Origin: Callorhinchus milii
Lineage: Eukaryota
NCBI RefSeq assembly: GCF_018977255.1
Contig: NW_024704742.1
Coordinates: forward strand, 48,982,001-49,046,000
Direction of reading: 5' to 3'
Length of the DNA stretch: 64,000 bases
Shown here: piece after piece, positions 37,901 through 52,900 of the stretch
Position numbering within the stretch: the first letter of the stretch is position 1
How the letters are laid out: the number at the start of each line of letters is the position of its first letter
Position numbers and translations under genes: made by a program
Notes under the pieces: generated by a model
Databases searched by the model: none
What the model was told of the DNA's origin: nothing
Seen by the model: the letters and a program-made list of their open reading frames with translations, nothing else

Positions 37901-40900
37901 CTTTGATGGGATAAATAGTGTTTTTATCATTTCACGTTTTCATATATTCTTCTGAACAACTGAGTGGTTTGAATTTTGGTTTAATTGATTCTCTCTTTCT
38001 ATTCCCCATTGCAGAACTTTTCAAGAACCAGAAGTTACTGAGAGAATACAGGGACTTTTTGGGTAACACTAGGGTAAGGTCAATTTTAGCCAAAATTGTT
38101 CCGAACAAAAACGTATTGCGTCCGTGTTATAACACACTTCGTTACAGCTATGACCTGTTTATAACAAGAATGGCGTATGGGCCCCACTCATTGCATATGC
38201 ACACAGCTGGGTGTCCAGCTCGGTCCTTTATATCTGTCAGTTTCCAGGTCAATAGGTTATTGCCAATGACATTTGCTAAGAGCTGCGCATGCAACTATGT
38301 TTAAATATTTAACAGGTAACTGTTAAATGCATAGTGGAACTGTATATTGCAGTCTCGTTATAAATCGGATTGGAATTATAAATCAGATCTCAATCACCAC
38401 ATTATATCAAGGCTCCTCTGTATTAATTTTTGAAATTGTGCATTTTAGTTTATGGAAAGGCTCAAGAAACAGAAAATTGTGCATACATGTTTGACACCTT
38501 CAAAATCTGTTAATTAACGCTGATGTTATTTGCAAAGGGCTTTTTTGACATGCTCTTTTTGCCATTTCTATCGAACACAGTTTTGAAACATCTAACATAG
38601 CAGAGTCATGTTAGCCAGCATGTCGATTAGTGTTTTAAATTATGTCATAAACAGTGAAAATAAATTTCAAATGTCTTACCAATATTTTAGTGCTTGAAAC
38701 AGCTCCCACTGTTAAATTGTGTACCATCTGATGTTGACTAAAATTATTATCAGGATTGTTTTTGTGCTGTAACAGAGGAGTGTAGCATACCTGCTGATAT
38801 GTCAGTAATGCATCAATTAATTTTAGTTTGCTGCAATCCATTAGAGTTGAATTTGAGCAGTTCAAGCTATCTGAATTTTTATTTTGCTACACTGAAATGC
38901 ATTTTTATGTGTACGTTTACCACACTGGAAGGAAATGGAAGTTCCATCTAAGTGCAGTAAAATTAGTTCAATTTTAAACTGATAGTAGGCTTCATGAAAA
39001 TGAGTATAACATTATTCACACAGCAATATTATAGCTTCATTTCACAAAATACTACAGAGGAATAGGATTCCTTAAATATGTTAATAGAAAAAGTCTTGTA
39101 GAATGTTCATCATGAGCTACGATTATATGTTTACATCTTGTAATCTTGCTACAATTCTTCTGAAGTTCTTTTTAAACCTTTTTATGAACATTTGTTACAA
39201 TTATTAGCAGATACATTTGGTATAATCTGTAACAGCTATCAAAACTCTTAGTTTTAAAGGAGAAATAGTCTGCAATGGGTATTTGAGCTTCCACTAGTAT
39301 AATGAAAACAAATTATTGGCATAAAACCTCATTTGAACATGATATATCAATTTTATTTTCAAAACTGAGGGCCTGAGCCACCCTGGATGCACCCAACCAT
39401 AGAGACATTTAATGTTAGTGAACGCATACACAATTCACAGGCACTGACTTCCATTAAACTCATGAGAGATGTTGAGGGAAGTCGTAAGTCCTTTGCATAA
39501 CACATTTATAATCCTTGCATTTGATGTAGCGCTTTTCACGTCGGGAGGACGTCCCAAAGTGCTTCACAGAATATATACTGTAAAGTGACTTGACTATATA
39601 ATTGTGGGCGAACACGGCAGCCAATTGCGCACAGCAATGTCCCACAAACAGTCGTAGATTGAAAATGACCAATTTATTATTGTTTTTGGTTTTGGAGGGA
39701 TTATTATGTTACTGGAATAACTAGTGTAGGAGGAGGTTGGTCATAAAGTAGTCTGTCAGATCATTTATTTCTATCTTAAAAAATGTGTGATGTGTATCCA
39801 ATTGGGTCTTATCCTACTCTGATTAATAAAACTTTTCCAATGACAAAAATCATTCATTATACTTATTAAAATGTGATGATGATGGATGTTTTGAAATCAG
39901 TTTAACAGCACAGTGTTCAGTATTTTCCACTGCAGTCCATCGTAAGTGATTTCCCATGGTTCTGGTATGAGCCAGCTGAGGGATGTTGAAATATTTTTGT
40001 TTCTGATGCTCACAAGTTATTGCTCTTAACAAGGGTGGAAATATTTTGTCCTGATAGTGCGTGGTAGAGGACCAGCGGTCTAAAATTGGAAATGTAACAT
40101 TTGCTCAGAAAGGGTGTTTGAGATGAGAAATTTATCTCCACAGCAATAATCTTTAAAATCAGAGCTGTCAGCAAGTGTTTGGCTATCTTTTCATCATTTC
40201 ACATATTCAGATAAGCTAAACTTTCTGATTTGGACAACTGTTGAGATACTGAGATTTCCGTCCAATATTTTCATGGGAGGTTCTATATTAGTTGTGTGAT
40301 GTTTTTACATTTAAAAACGGCTAATTATGCTTATTTTTAGAATCGGTAAATTATTTTGCTAATGCTGACTTTTTCTGTTGAGTAAAGAAAAAATGGGAGA
40401 TGAGCTGCATTTCACAAAATTAATGTCTTACTGAGTATAATTGCAGTGTTGGGAAGCTTGTAACAAGACTACAAGCGTTTGTGGTTTAATTCTATGTCAG
40501 TAACCATTTGACATTTCATATATCCTTTCAGCCTCGTTCAACTACATCAAAACCATTTCTACAGGGACCTGCAAAAGTGGTAATGGTTGCAATCTGCATG
40601 TAAGTCATTGTTTTGCAATGGAAGACTCTTTTTAAAAAATGAACAGATATGTTAACGAATAAATAATTATTTTGGGAAAAAATGAAGAAGTAGATATGAG
40701 AATAATTGTTTATAAGTTGTTCGAAATAGGTTTATCTTGTCCATGATATCTTAGATAATGCAGCAGAAAAGCTTTTTGTCCGGTTTACATGTACTGCATT
40801 GGAAAATAAGAATAATGCTATCTTTTTCAGTATCATATTATTGGGTGGCCAAACCCATCACCATCCTTAACAGTATCTAAATCGGACTGAGAGTTCCATG

Positions 40901-43900
40901 CATGCCACCTACTCATGGAAATTTCAGTGTCTGGAATGGAATGCACTCCCTCTACCCGAAGGGACATATCCTGGTTGCCTAATTCTGGAGAGTATTAAGC
41001 AGAGGTTGACAAGAGCAAGCCACGGGACCCCCATAACATACGTTTGGGTACTGCTGGATTGAACAAGCTAAAACCACATAGCTTGCCATTGAAAGCACTG
41101 TTGAACAACCTTTCTGCTGCTTGTCCAGCCAAGACCACCATAATAGTTAGGGCTGTGACTTGCAGGATTAACAAGGAGAAAAGAAGGGAATACAGGGGGA
41201 GCCCCCGTGATAGCACTCTTCTCTTTAGCACTTCCCCGCTTACCGCACATGGGTCAGCTGTGAACAGTTTCACACATTAAAAACCTTGCCGGCTTCTAGG
41301 TCATCCAATCGCTGGTGACATCATTTTCTGAATGTTGCGAATTATGCGCAGGAAGAACTTTACTTTTTAATACAACATCTCTACATTGCTGTCTACATTA
41401 ATATACTTATTTTCTTCTGTTTTTTGCTCTCTTTAGCAATGGGCTGAATTTTATTTTCAAACTTCTTGCCTGGGTTTATACAGGCTCTGCAAGCATGTTC
41501 TCAGAAGCTATACATTCACTGGCTGACACCTGTAACCAGGTAAAGAAGTATTCAGTTTATTACCTGCAATGTACTGGCAAGACTAATGGTGGGGAGGGAG
41601 GGTGTGGGGGGGAGATCCAGTCTGGTGAGCCACAATTTCCGTCTCAGCATAATTACAATGCCCGGTACCGGCATTTACCGCATGGCCTCTAAATGCCGGC
41701 AAGGATGATGAGGAGGGGTTGCACGAGAAAAGAGTGGGCCAGTGGTAGTTTACACACTTTTGGCTAGGTAGGAATACAGATACCTGGAGTCCAGTAAACC
41801 GGGAGTTTACAATATGTCTAGAATTCTGAACTAATTGTATTGGTAATTTATATTAGAAACAAGGAAGACACATTTGTATTTTCCTGATGTTAACTGGGCT
41901 AGGAATTATATTATTATTATATCAGCAAACATTAGAAAAGTATGATACATGGAGACTTCATCAATAATCTTTGCTATGAAGTTACACTATTTCAGCTTCA
42001 GTTTTATACGTAGACATAATTACTATTTGCAAACTGCAGTTCTGATTATTAAGAAGTGCAACATTTCCTATTTTGAAAAAAAAACGGAAGTCGCTGGGAA
42101 CACTCAGCAGGTCAGGCAGCATCTATGGAGAAAGGAAAGTGAATCAACGTTTCAGGTCCACGACCCTTTGTCAGAATTGGGGCATGTTGGGAGGGAGAGG
42201 CTTTTAAGGGCTATCAGAGGGGGGGAAAGGGAGAGGTTGGAATTTCCTATTTTAAATTTGGGGCCTCCGTTTTTTCAAGATTCCATCTGTAGCAGTAGAA
42301 TGGATTGGAAAACTTTGTACCCAAGTGATCCTTCAGTACAAATAGAGGAAACATATTATTGGCACTGTGGGTTCAATTGGTCAGCTAGCAAAGTGTAAAA
42401 CAGTGTCTGGCTTCCAGTTTCCCATTGATTTCACTTCCTGCCCATGGGCAACATGCTACTGATGTTACTTCTTGCATGTTATACATGTGCAAGAAGTGCC
42501 ATTGACGTCTCTTTCTTATGAAGTCATTTCTGCATGACTTCTTGTGCGTAGAACGAATACACAGCATGAATAAAGTGATATAAATGAAGCTTCCTATGCA
42601 GCGACTTCCTATGCATGCAATGCGCACAAAGTGACATCAATGATGAATTGAACACCCAGATATTGGAAGCCAGAAAGTGAGCGCTTTAATGGGGAAATGT
42701 TATCATCTAACGACTACCTAGAAAAAAGCTATTTTTTTTTCTTTTAATTTAGTTGCTATGGGGAAAGAGTTTCATTTTGTAATTAGAAGCTGGAATTTTA
42801 GATTTTCCTTGTCCATAGATTCATCTAAAGAAGCAGTGCACTTAAGGCACAACAATTCTGGTTCATGTGATGATTTGTTGCAGAAGTACTTGTTTGCTTA
42901 CAAATTTGTCAAATGAAGAAATCCTTAGAATACCACATTGATGCAAGTCTCATCAGCATTTTGAATATGACACATGGGCAGATTTTATTGGATTTGTGGG
43001 GGGAATTTGCTGCAATCCTAAGACGCATCCTTTTTATTCACAGGAAAATAACTTTGTCTTTCTGTCACGAACATCATTTGTATAGAGTTTATGAGGGAAG
43101 AAATTATGATAGCTTGTTTGTCTGTGAATGTGCATGGATTTCCAGGAAGTGTGGAATTGTTCTATTTTATTGTACCTGTCTCTCCTTCACACACTATTTC
43201 TCGCTCTGTCTCTCCTCTTCTGTTTATTTTACTCTCTCTCATTGACTTTCTTCCTGAATTTCTGTGTCTTTTTCTTTGTACGTGAACGTCTTTCTCTCCT
43301 CAATCCCGCTCTAACTGTTCTATTACAAATTACTAAAAAAAACTCATATTGCTAGTTCACAGTTGCACTGTTCTGCTAACTGTTCCCCTCTTCCTTCAAT
43401 ATTCCACCCTAAAATGGATGTAAAATGTTTCTGTACAGGCTTTGCTAGCAGTGGGCATCAGCCAGTCTTCAAGGACCCCAGACCCTGGCCATCCGTAAGG
43501 AGACCCTAAATTGTTTTTTACTGTGAACTGAAAAATAGGACACTGTGTAACTTGATCTCTGAAATTGGTTTTAATACAATGAAAAGGCATGCAAAGGACG
43601 GATTAACCACTGCCAAATGATACAAGCTTTGGAATCAAAATACTTTGTTAATTTAAATTTAGTAGTACACAGTAGACTTTTTTTTATAAACCTCCTGTCC
43701 TGCGAACCTGCACTAAATCGTGGAGTGTAATAACAAATGTCCTACCACAAGATTTTTTAAAAATAATGCGGTTCTACCATATGTGGGGTTATCTTCTTCC
43801 TCTCCCCCCCCCCCCCATTCTAGTTGCATAGGCAAACCGAGTTTGTGTGTTCCCCTTGTCTTATAATCCAATTATAACCTTTTTTTAAAAAAAGGTATGG

Positions 43901-46900
43901 ATTTACAAATATGCGCTACATTGCATCCCTAATAAGTGGAGTTGGAATCTTTATGATGGGTGCAGGACTTTCCTGGTACCACGGAATAATTGGACTTTTA
44001 CACCCTCAACCGATGGAATCTCTATTATGGGTAAGTTCTACATTTATCAAATACTACAGAAATAAGTTGTGGAATAGATTGAGTAAGGAATAAAATATAT
44101 TCAACAGGTCCAGGTAAATGCACACCCGATCCAAACATAGATTTCAATGTACCAAACCTTTGCCACTGTATAATCCAGATTTTTTCAAATTCAAGTATCA
44201 ATTAAATACAAAACCCTAGTACTTCAAGCTTTAATAACCCAATTTTAAAAATGTTATGCAATTTTTTTGCTATTGTTGGACTGAAGCACTGAATGAATCA
44301 TAAAATAGCTTACATATAAACATTTTTTAAACAGACTGTTGTGTTCAAATTATAGAAATAATCGTCCAAACATCATTCTAGTGTCTCAGTACAAAATACT
44401 GGGAAAATGAACTGACACTAATTTGCTAGTGTTAGAGATTTGCTCAAATTTTCTACACAAATAAGTACATATGCAGACTGTGATGTGAAAACTAAAGACT
44501 CGGGTGTACATAATCCCAGATGCATACAGTGAATACATTGATGCATTGTGACTATTTTATGCTATAAATATGTTAAGCAATATTATTGTATGCTTGGTTT
44601 CATGTGGAAAAGTGTTGAGCAATCTAACTTGTAGAAATGAAAAGAGGTTTAATGAAATAAATCCGCTGCTAATAGGTACTGAATGAAAATAAAAATTGAA
44701 AAGGCAGTGTAAAAGCTACAGAAAAAATAAGAAAATGGTAATTCTTTAAAATAAAATGTACAGAACCAGAATTAGAAAGTGCATTACAAAGTGTAAGGTA
44801 AAATAGTGGGAATAGTTCAATATTTTGGAGGAGGGTTTCTTTTAGACCATCTTTGGGAATCTCTAGAGCTATCCCAAGGAGAATGAATAATTCTTCCAAT
44901 AAAATTGCCAAATGGTTCCATGTTTTAGCTTCTTTTTAAATGGCTTTGACATTTGAACATTTAGCAAAGCAAATTACAGTGGAATGACATAACCCTGGTT
45001 TGTATATATTTGGTTGTGTAATTGTGTGAGTGCTGGGAAGTTTAATTCATCATCTTGAGGTTTTAGTTTTTACTTTATTCATCATCATCAACAACAACAA
45101 AATTGCATTTATAGAGCGTCTTTCATGTCGGGAGGATGTCCCAAAGCACTGAACAGTCAGGTGTCGGGGCCCGAGCATGGGGGAGGGGTGGTGTAGGGGT
45201 GAGGGAAGGCAGAGAGGTGGGAGGGAGACCAAAGACACGGTCGAAGAGAAGGGTCTTGAGACCGGCCTTGAAGGATGTGAGGGAGGAAGTGAGGCGAAGG
45301 GACCGTAGGATGGAGTTCCAGAGTGTGGGGGCAGAGAGGCTGAAAGCCCGGCCACTAGTGGTAGGGCAGGTTGGGCGGGAGACATGGAGCAGGCCGGAGC
45401 CCGCTGAACGGAGGGAGCGGGCAGGTTGGCAGGCAGTCGGCAGGTCAGAGAGGTAGGAGGGAGCAAAGCCATGGATGGCCTTAAAGGTGAGAACGAGGAT
45501 CTTGAACTCGATCCTCTGGGGATGGGGAGCCAGTGGAGTCGGGTGAGGGTGGGAGTGATGGGGTCACGGAGCCTGGTTTGTGAGAGTACACGAGCTGCAG
45601 AGTTTGGATGATCTGCAGCTTGTGAAGGGAAGAGTTGGGAAGGCCGATGAAGAGGGAGTTCACGTAATCAAGCCTTGAGGTGACGAATGCGGAGTGGGGA
45701 CTTAAGTTGCCTCTCGGTCCTTCCTCGTACTAATAGCTCACCTGAGGTTAGGGACTGGTGGAAAATATGGGTGAAAGTTCAAGTTCTGCATTGTTGGTTG
45801 TTTTGTTGAAACAGTAATGAATTTAAATATGTTGACTATGGTTGATATTGTTTCATAATAATAATAATAATCCTTGCATTTGATATAGCGCTTTTCACGT
45901 CGGGAGGACGTCCCAAAGCGCTTCACAGAACACACTGTAAAGTGAATTGACTGTATATTTGTGGGTGAACGCGGCAGCCAATTGCTCACAGCAATGTCCC
46001 ACAAACAGTCGTAGATTGAAAATGACCAATTTATTATTGTTTTTGGTTTTGGAGGGATTATTATTAGGCTCTGTGTGGAGTAAGGAAACTTGCCCAAGGT
46101 TTCGCCCTCTGCCTGGAATTGAACTCAGGTCTCTCACTTGCAAAGCGAGTGCTCTAACCACTGAGCTACAGGACTCCATTGAAATATTTGGACTCAATTT
46201 GATTACATGTCTATTTTAAAAAGAAATCTATTTTAAAAAGAAATCCATATTTATGTTTTTTAGGCATATTGTATCCTCGCTGGATCATTAGTATCTGAAG
46301 GAGGTATGGATGTGCAGGCATGGACTATTGCTCTCTAGAAAAACATTTAAACTGTTTCAACAATTTCTATGAATGTGTTTTCCCTTAACTGCTTTGTGCT
46401 TGTGCTCTTGATAATCAACCTTTTGAAAGCAATAAAGGTAAACTGATTTTTTTCAAATTGAAAACTAAGTCCTGCCTTGCAGTTTTTACTCTTGAGCTGC
46501 ATCCATGGATTACGTTTTTGGTAAAACGTGTTTTAATAGTTTTCACCTCGGTTTAACCCTTCGATTGCCAAGAGCTCTAGGTTCACTTGTGTCTCACTGA
46601 GACAGCTAGATTTGTACTATTCATCATGTACAATAGATGCTAAAGACAATATTTGTATTGCAATAAAGCTACTCAGATATCAGAGAAAATAGTTCTGTGT
46701 AATAGTAACCCCAAACTATTAAACCTGTTTTAAATTTTAAAATATCAACACTTTGTCTGTTTGCATGCTCTACCTTCTTCCTTTTTTACTCTTTTACTTT
46801 CAATCTACTGTACCCTATGAGCATAGTAATGTTCATAGTAATGTTCAGGACCAGAAATGATGATTACAATCAATCTGGCTCGTCTCATTTTCAAACAACT

Positions 46901-49900
46901 ACCCAATCTTGCATAATCCCAATTTACGTGTCAGTCTGGTTCAGTTGGTAGCCCTCTTATCTCTGAGTAGGAATGTTGTGGGTTCAAGTCCCACATTGGG
47001 ACTTTGAGCTCATAGTCTAGGTTGACAGATACCAGGAAGATTTTCTTCACGCAGAGGGTAATCAATGACTGGAATAGGTTGCCAGGTAAGGTGATAGAGA
47101 CCAGAACACACTAGACCTATTTAAAAAACAGCTTGAAGCAGTGATGGGGTTTTGGGGGATAGGTTGGATGTTCTGGAGGGATGAGATTGGATGAGCTGAA
47201 GGGCCTTCTTCATGCAGACCTATCTTGTGATTCTCCAGTGCATTGCTGGGGGTGTGCTGCATTAACGGAGATGCTGTCCTTTGGGTGACACTTTAAACCA
47301 CGTAAACATAAAAAACAATAAATGAAGCAGCTGCCAAGGATATTTATTGGGGACGCTGTCCTGTTTAAATTGTTGCTTTCAATCAAATTTAATGACCTTT
47401 GCAGCAATTACCTTTTCTCTGTTTGTCAATATATTTGCTGCATTTGGTGCTTATGCTGATAATGGCGAAAGTAAGGCAAATTTACCATCAAGAGGAGAAT
47501 TCTCATTTTTTTAAATGTGTTAGGCAATACGCGTAGTGAACTGAATTGCCTGTTTATCCAGAGTTTTAGCTCTCCACTTGACCTTTTCTGATTACACTGT
47601 TGGAGTTAATGCCTAACCACTCGTTCCCAAATTGCCTAACTTTTTTTTACTCATTGTGTGGCAAATCTGATCAGATAAACCACATGTTGTATGTTTGCAG
47701 TCATGGCTTTTTGTGTGAAATAATTCAATTGTATTTTCTTTGCAGCAACTCTGCTAGTAGCTGTAAATGAACTCCGCAAGAGTGCTCGAGTTAAAGGAAT
47801 AACATTTTATCAGTATGGTAAGATACTTTCATCTTTTGAAAGTTGCAATACGTTTTGGTACATATTGGGAAATAGTTTGCTCTAGCATAAACTCTTAACA
47901 GTACTGAATAATGTTCAGGGTTCTTTCTGTTATGTTTTTAAAGCTATAGCCAGTCAGTCAGTGGGCAAAATCTAGAATACGGCTTCTAAACAAGTATTCA
48001 CTCGAAATGCGGCTGCTAGATGGGTTTTTAATTCTTATCTGCAGAGCTTCTAGCAATACATTTTTGCTTTTAGAATTTTATTTAACAACAACAACAAAAT
48101 TACATTTGTAAAGCACCTTTCATGTTGGGAGGATGTCCCAAGGCGCTGGACAGACAGAGTTACGGACCCGAGCTGAGGGTCGTGGTGGGGGAGGTGGGAG
48201 GGCAGGGGGGCAAGCAGGGAGATCGAAAGCACGGTCGTAGAGATGGGTCTTGAAGGTGGCGAGGGAGGGGGCAAGATGAAGGGACTGCGGGATGGAGTTC
48301 CAGAGGGTGGGTGCAAAGTGGCGGAGGGCCCGTCCTCCGATAGTGGGGCGAGCAAGGCAGGGGATGTGAAGCAGGCCGGAGCCCGGTGAGCAGAGAGCGA
48401 ACAGGGTGGTAGGGGGTTAGGAGGGCGGAGAGATACAAAGGAGCAAGATCGGGAGGGCTTTGAAGGTGAGGACTAAGATCTTTAACTGTATCCTCTGTGT
48501 GATGGGAAGCCAGTGTAGTTGGGGGAGGATGGAGGTGATAGGGTCACGGAGCCTGGTGCAGGGGAGGATATGGGCTGCAGAGTTCTGGGTGATCTGGAGC
48601 CTATGGAGGAAGGAGTTGGGGAGGCCGACAAGCAGTGAGTTTGCATAGTCAAGCTTGGATGTTATGAATGCGAATATGAGTGTTTCGGCAGCCTGCGGTG
48701 TGTGACAGTGGCGGAGCCGAGCGATGTTGTGGAGGTGGGGAAAGGCAGAACGGGTCATGGCACGAATGTGGGGTAGAAGGGATAATTGAGGGTCAAACAA
48801 GACCACAAAGTTCCGGACTGGCTTGGTAAGGTGGAGTGTGCAGCCATGAATGGTGATGCTGTCAGTACTGTTAAGAGGCACTGACGGGAGCCAACCTGGA
48901 GAGCCCTTATTTTACTGACATTCAACCGACGAAAGTTAGCTTGCTCCCTCCAACCTCTGCCACTTCCTAACCAGGACTGGATGAGCGCTAACAAATAGAC
49001 CCCATGATCAAAAAATCGACAATTTGGACTCCATTGTTATGAGAGTTATAATAATCCTAATCCTTGCATATGGGATAGTGCCTTTCATGTCGGGAAGACG
49101 TCTCAAAGCGCTTCACAGAATTTTACGTAAAGCACAGTGACTGTATTTGTAGATGAACACAATAATCCAATTACGCACAGCAACATCCCACAAACAGCAA
49201 TGAAATGACTGACCAAAGACAGATACAAGCTGAGCAGTAATTGTTCCTATGACCACATAAGTCAGGGAAAAATTACAGGTATTGCAAATTGGGCAAGGTA
49301 CTGAAGGGTACATGCGAAACCATATCATAGCAATAGTCAGTGTCTTCCAGGACAAAAAAGGTTATGTTGCCATGACTTTTATGGCACAGTATGATCGTAC
49401 TTCTCACACCGCCTGAATTTCATCTCTTCAAACGTCTTCTCCTCTAGCCCAAGGACCATATCGTGTGGTGTTCCTCAGGGCTCTGTCCTTGGTCCCCTCC
49501 TCTTCAACATCTTATATGCTCTCTCTTGGTGAGATCATCCGCAGACATGGGTCAACTTCCACATGTATGTGAATGACACCCAACTCGACCTCTCTGCCTC
49601 CACTCTTGACTCCAGGACACTGCTGTGCTGACAGAATGCCTGTGAGACATCAAGTCCTGGATGAGAGCTAACTTTCTTCAGTTGAACGTCATCAAGACCG
49701 AGGCCCTCCTGATTGGCTCCGGTCAGCGCCTCCACACCTCAGGCGCTGACAACATCACCATCCATGGTTGCACACTCCACCTTGCTAAGCCAATCTGGAA
49801 CCTTGGGGTCTTGTTTGACCCTCAACTATCCTTTCTACCCAAGATCTGCGCCATGACCCTCTCTGCCTTCCCCCACTTCCACAACATTGCCCAGCTCTGA

Positions 49901-52900
49901 CACTGTCACACCGCAGGGCGCCAAAACCCTCATACACACATCACTACCTCTCCTCTCACCTCAACCTTCAAGGTTCTGTCCTCGAATGGTTCAGATGCTA
50001 TCTCACACCAGCTCCACTTTGTCTCCACAAATGGCTTCTCCTCCAGCCCCCACACCGTTTTGTGTGGTGTTCCTCAGGGCTCTGTCCTCGGTCCTCTCCT
50101 CTTCAACTGGTACATGTTCCCTCTTGGTGATATCATCTGCACACCCAACTCTTATCTCTCTGCCTCCACACTCGACCCCAGGATCACTGATGTCCTGACA
50201 GAATGTCTCTCAGACATCAAGTCGTGAATGAGAGCCAACTTTTTACAGTTAAACGTCAGCAAGACCTAGGCACTCCTGATTGGCTCCCGTCAGCGCTTCT
50301 ACACCTCAGCACTTGCAGCATCGGCATCTACAGATGCACACTCCATCTCACCAAGCCAGTCAGGAATCTAAGCGTCTTGTTCGACCTTCAACTGTCCTTT
50401 TTCCCCACATCCGTGCCATGACCCACTCTGCCTTCCCCCACCTCCGCAACATTGCCCACCATTGCCTCACCCCTCAGGCTGTCAAAAGCCTCATACATGC
50501 CTTCATTACGACCAGGCTCGACTATGCCAATTCCCTGCTTGTCAGCCTTCCCACTCTTCCCTCCACAAGCTGCAGATCGTAGAATAATGCAGCACAGAAG
50601 GAGGCCATTTGGCCCACCGTGTCTGTGCTGGCTCTTTGAAAAGAGCTATCAAATTCAATCCCACTCCCTGCTCTCTCCCTGCAAACTTGTCCTCCCCAAA
50701 TAATTATCTACTTCTCTTAAAAGTTGTTATTGAATTGGCTTGCACCACCCTTTCAAGCAAAGCATTCCAGATCCGAACAACTCGCTGTGTGAAACCTTCT
50801 CTGCTCCAAGGAGAATAATCCTAGCTTTTCTAGCCTCTCCTGATAACTGAAATCCCTCATTCCTGGTACCTGATCATCCAGAACTTTGCAGCTTGTGTCC
50901 TCTCCCGCACCAGGCTCTGTGACCCCATCATATCCACCCTCACTTGGCTCCACTGGCTTCCCATCCCTAAGAGGATCGAGTGCAAAATTCTCGTCCTCAC
51001 CTTCAAGGCCCTCCATGGCCTTGTCCCATCCATCTCTCCGACCTGCTAACCTCTTATCAACCTGTTCGCTCCCTCCGCTTAGCAGGCTCCGGCCTGCTCC
51101 ATGTCCCCCTCCCGTCCCGCATCACCATCGGCAGTCAGGCCTTCAGCCTCTTTGCCCCACTGTCTGGAACTCCATCCCACATTCCCTTCAACTCGCTCCC
51201 TCCCTCCTTTGCCTCCTTCAAAGCATGCCTCAAGACCTTCCTCTTTGACAGTCCTTCTGCCACCCTCCTACCCCCACCCTCCGTGCCCTCCACCTTCCCT
51301 GATCCCAAACCCCCACCCCCCCACCCCACTTGGGTCCTAATCCCTGACTGTTCAGCACTTTGGGACGTCCTCCCGGTGTGAAAGGCGCTTTGCAAATGTA
51401 ATTGTTTATTGTTTGTATTTGTGATTACCAGAAAGAGCCCTGCACAATCATTCTGGCAAAATAACTAAAACGCAATAAAATGGCAATGAAGAACATTGAC
51501 TGTATGTAGCAGTTGTGTCATTTAATACTAATCAATGATAATAATTAAAATTTAATTTTATGTTTCAGTGATTGTTATGAAAAACTTAGCTTTACTCTTC
51601 TGTTTTATAATATTTTCTACTGGCCAGATTATTTTCTAGTACTTTATATCAGGTATCGAATATTCTCTCTAATTTTGTTATGTGGACAATCTGGTCCATT
51701 ATTATAGTACAGGCTGGGATGAAATAAATTAATGTCTACCAATCTGCTATAACCTGTTTGTTCTCATTCTATTAACATGTAAACATGTTTTTTTCACAGT
51801 GGTGCACGGTCACGATCCCAGCACTAATGTTGTTCTGTTGGAAGATTCAGCTGCTGTTATAGGAGTGATGTTAGCAGCTAGTTGCATGGGACTGACATCT
51901 CTTACTGGTAAGGCACAACATAGAACAGTAGCTCAATGACTATTTTGCTAAGTTCTCCTTGACATATTTAGATACAGTACGTGATTTGTTGTGGAGAGAT
52001 GGTACTAGAGAGCAGGGAATGTAAAATGTTATATTGGATTGGGTAGAGATTACATTTATGATTTAACCTTACATCTAAGCACTTACCTTAAATTGGCTTC
52101 TCAATGTTTGCAGCTTCCTCTTTAATCAACTATATAAAACAGTATGGTTACACTTTTATATTTCTATTGTTCCCAAAGGTTATAATATAGATTGAGGGTT
52201 TTGCACGTCATGTGTTATCAGGACGTTGATCATTTGATAACTTGTAGTTAGTAATCTGAAGGCAGATGTCCGCCAGATAGCTGATGAGGAAACTCTGAGG
52301 CTTGGGGCGACAGCTGTTGGAAAGCGTTACCTGGAGTTCGAGTTTGTAAACACACATTCATACATCCAGTGCCTGGAATCCACCTTGATTGGCCTGCAGA
52401 GAGGTAAGCACCTGTTGCTTAAGCTCCACACCTCAACTGGTGGAATCATCGCTTGATGGCGAGGAACATGTGCCCAAGCTGCAGACAGGAAGATGGTGGC
52501 AATGCTCTCGTGCATTTCATGCTGAGCTGTTTTGCCCACCGGGAAGCTTGCAGGGAGTTCCTGGTACCTACTATCGACCTAGTGAGGGCTCAAACCTACA
52601 CTTGTCAGATGTCAAATGATTAACTAGTGACTATCCTCCTGTGGGGGAGGTAAGCAGAGTCTCCTTGGAGCTGAACTGGCTTAAGGTGACATGTTTGGCA
52701 ATGGATCCAGAGTAATCCAGGCCACTGCTGACAGCACAGCCAGACTGGCTTATCGGCAAGACTTGGAAGGGCAGACCAGTCACTGGGGGCAGGGGTTTCT
52801 CTCACTCAGCTCCTGTTAGCCAAAGCCCTAATGGGTAGGATGGTCTGAGCTGGACAAGCAGCAGAAAACCTTGCCAGGCAGCATTCTCAATGGCAAGCTA

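Noticed and set aside
46210..46243. 17-bp tandem duplication with extra AGs near the exon 12 acceptor
   Set aside because: Simple slippage duplication; the real acceptor retains its own T-tract.
52620..52682. HDV-like ribozyme fold at the start of the unclassified repeat (TCCTCC loop, CTGAA)
   Set aside because: Could not find a P1 helix or P1.1 pairing.
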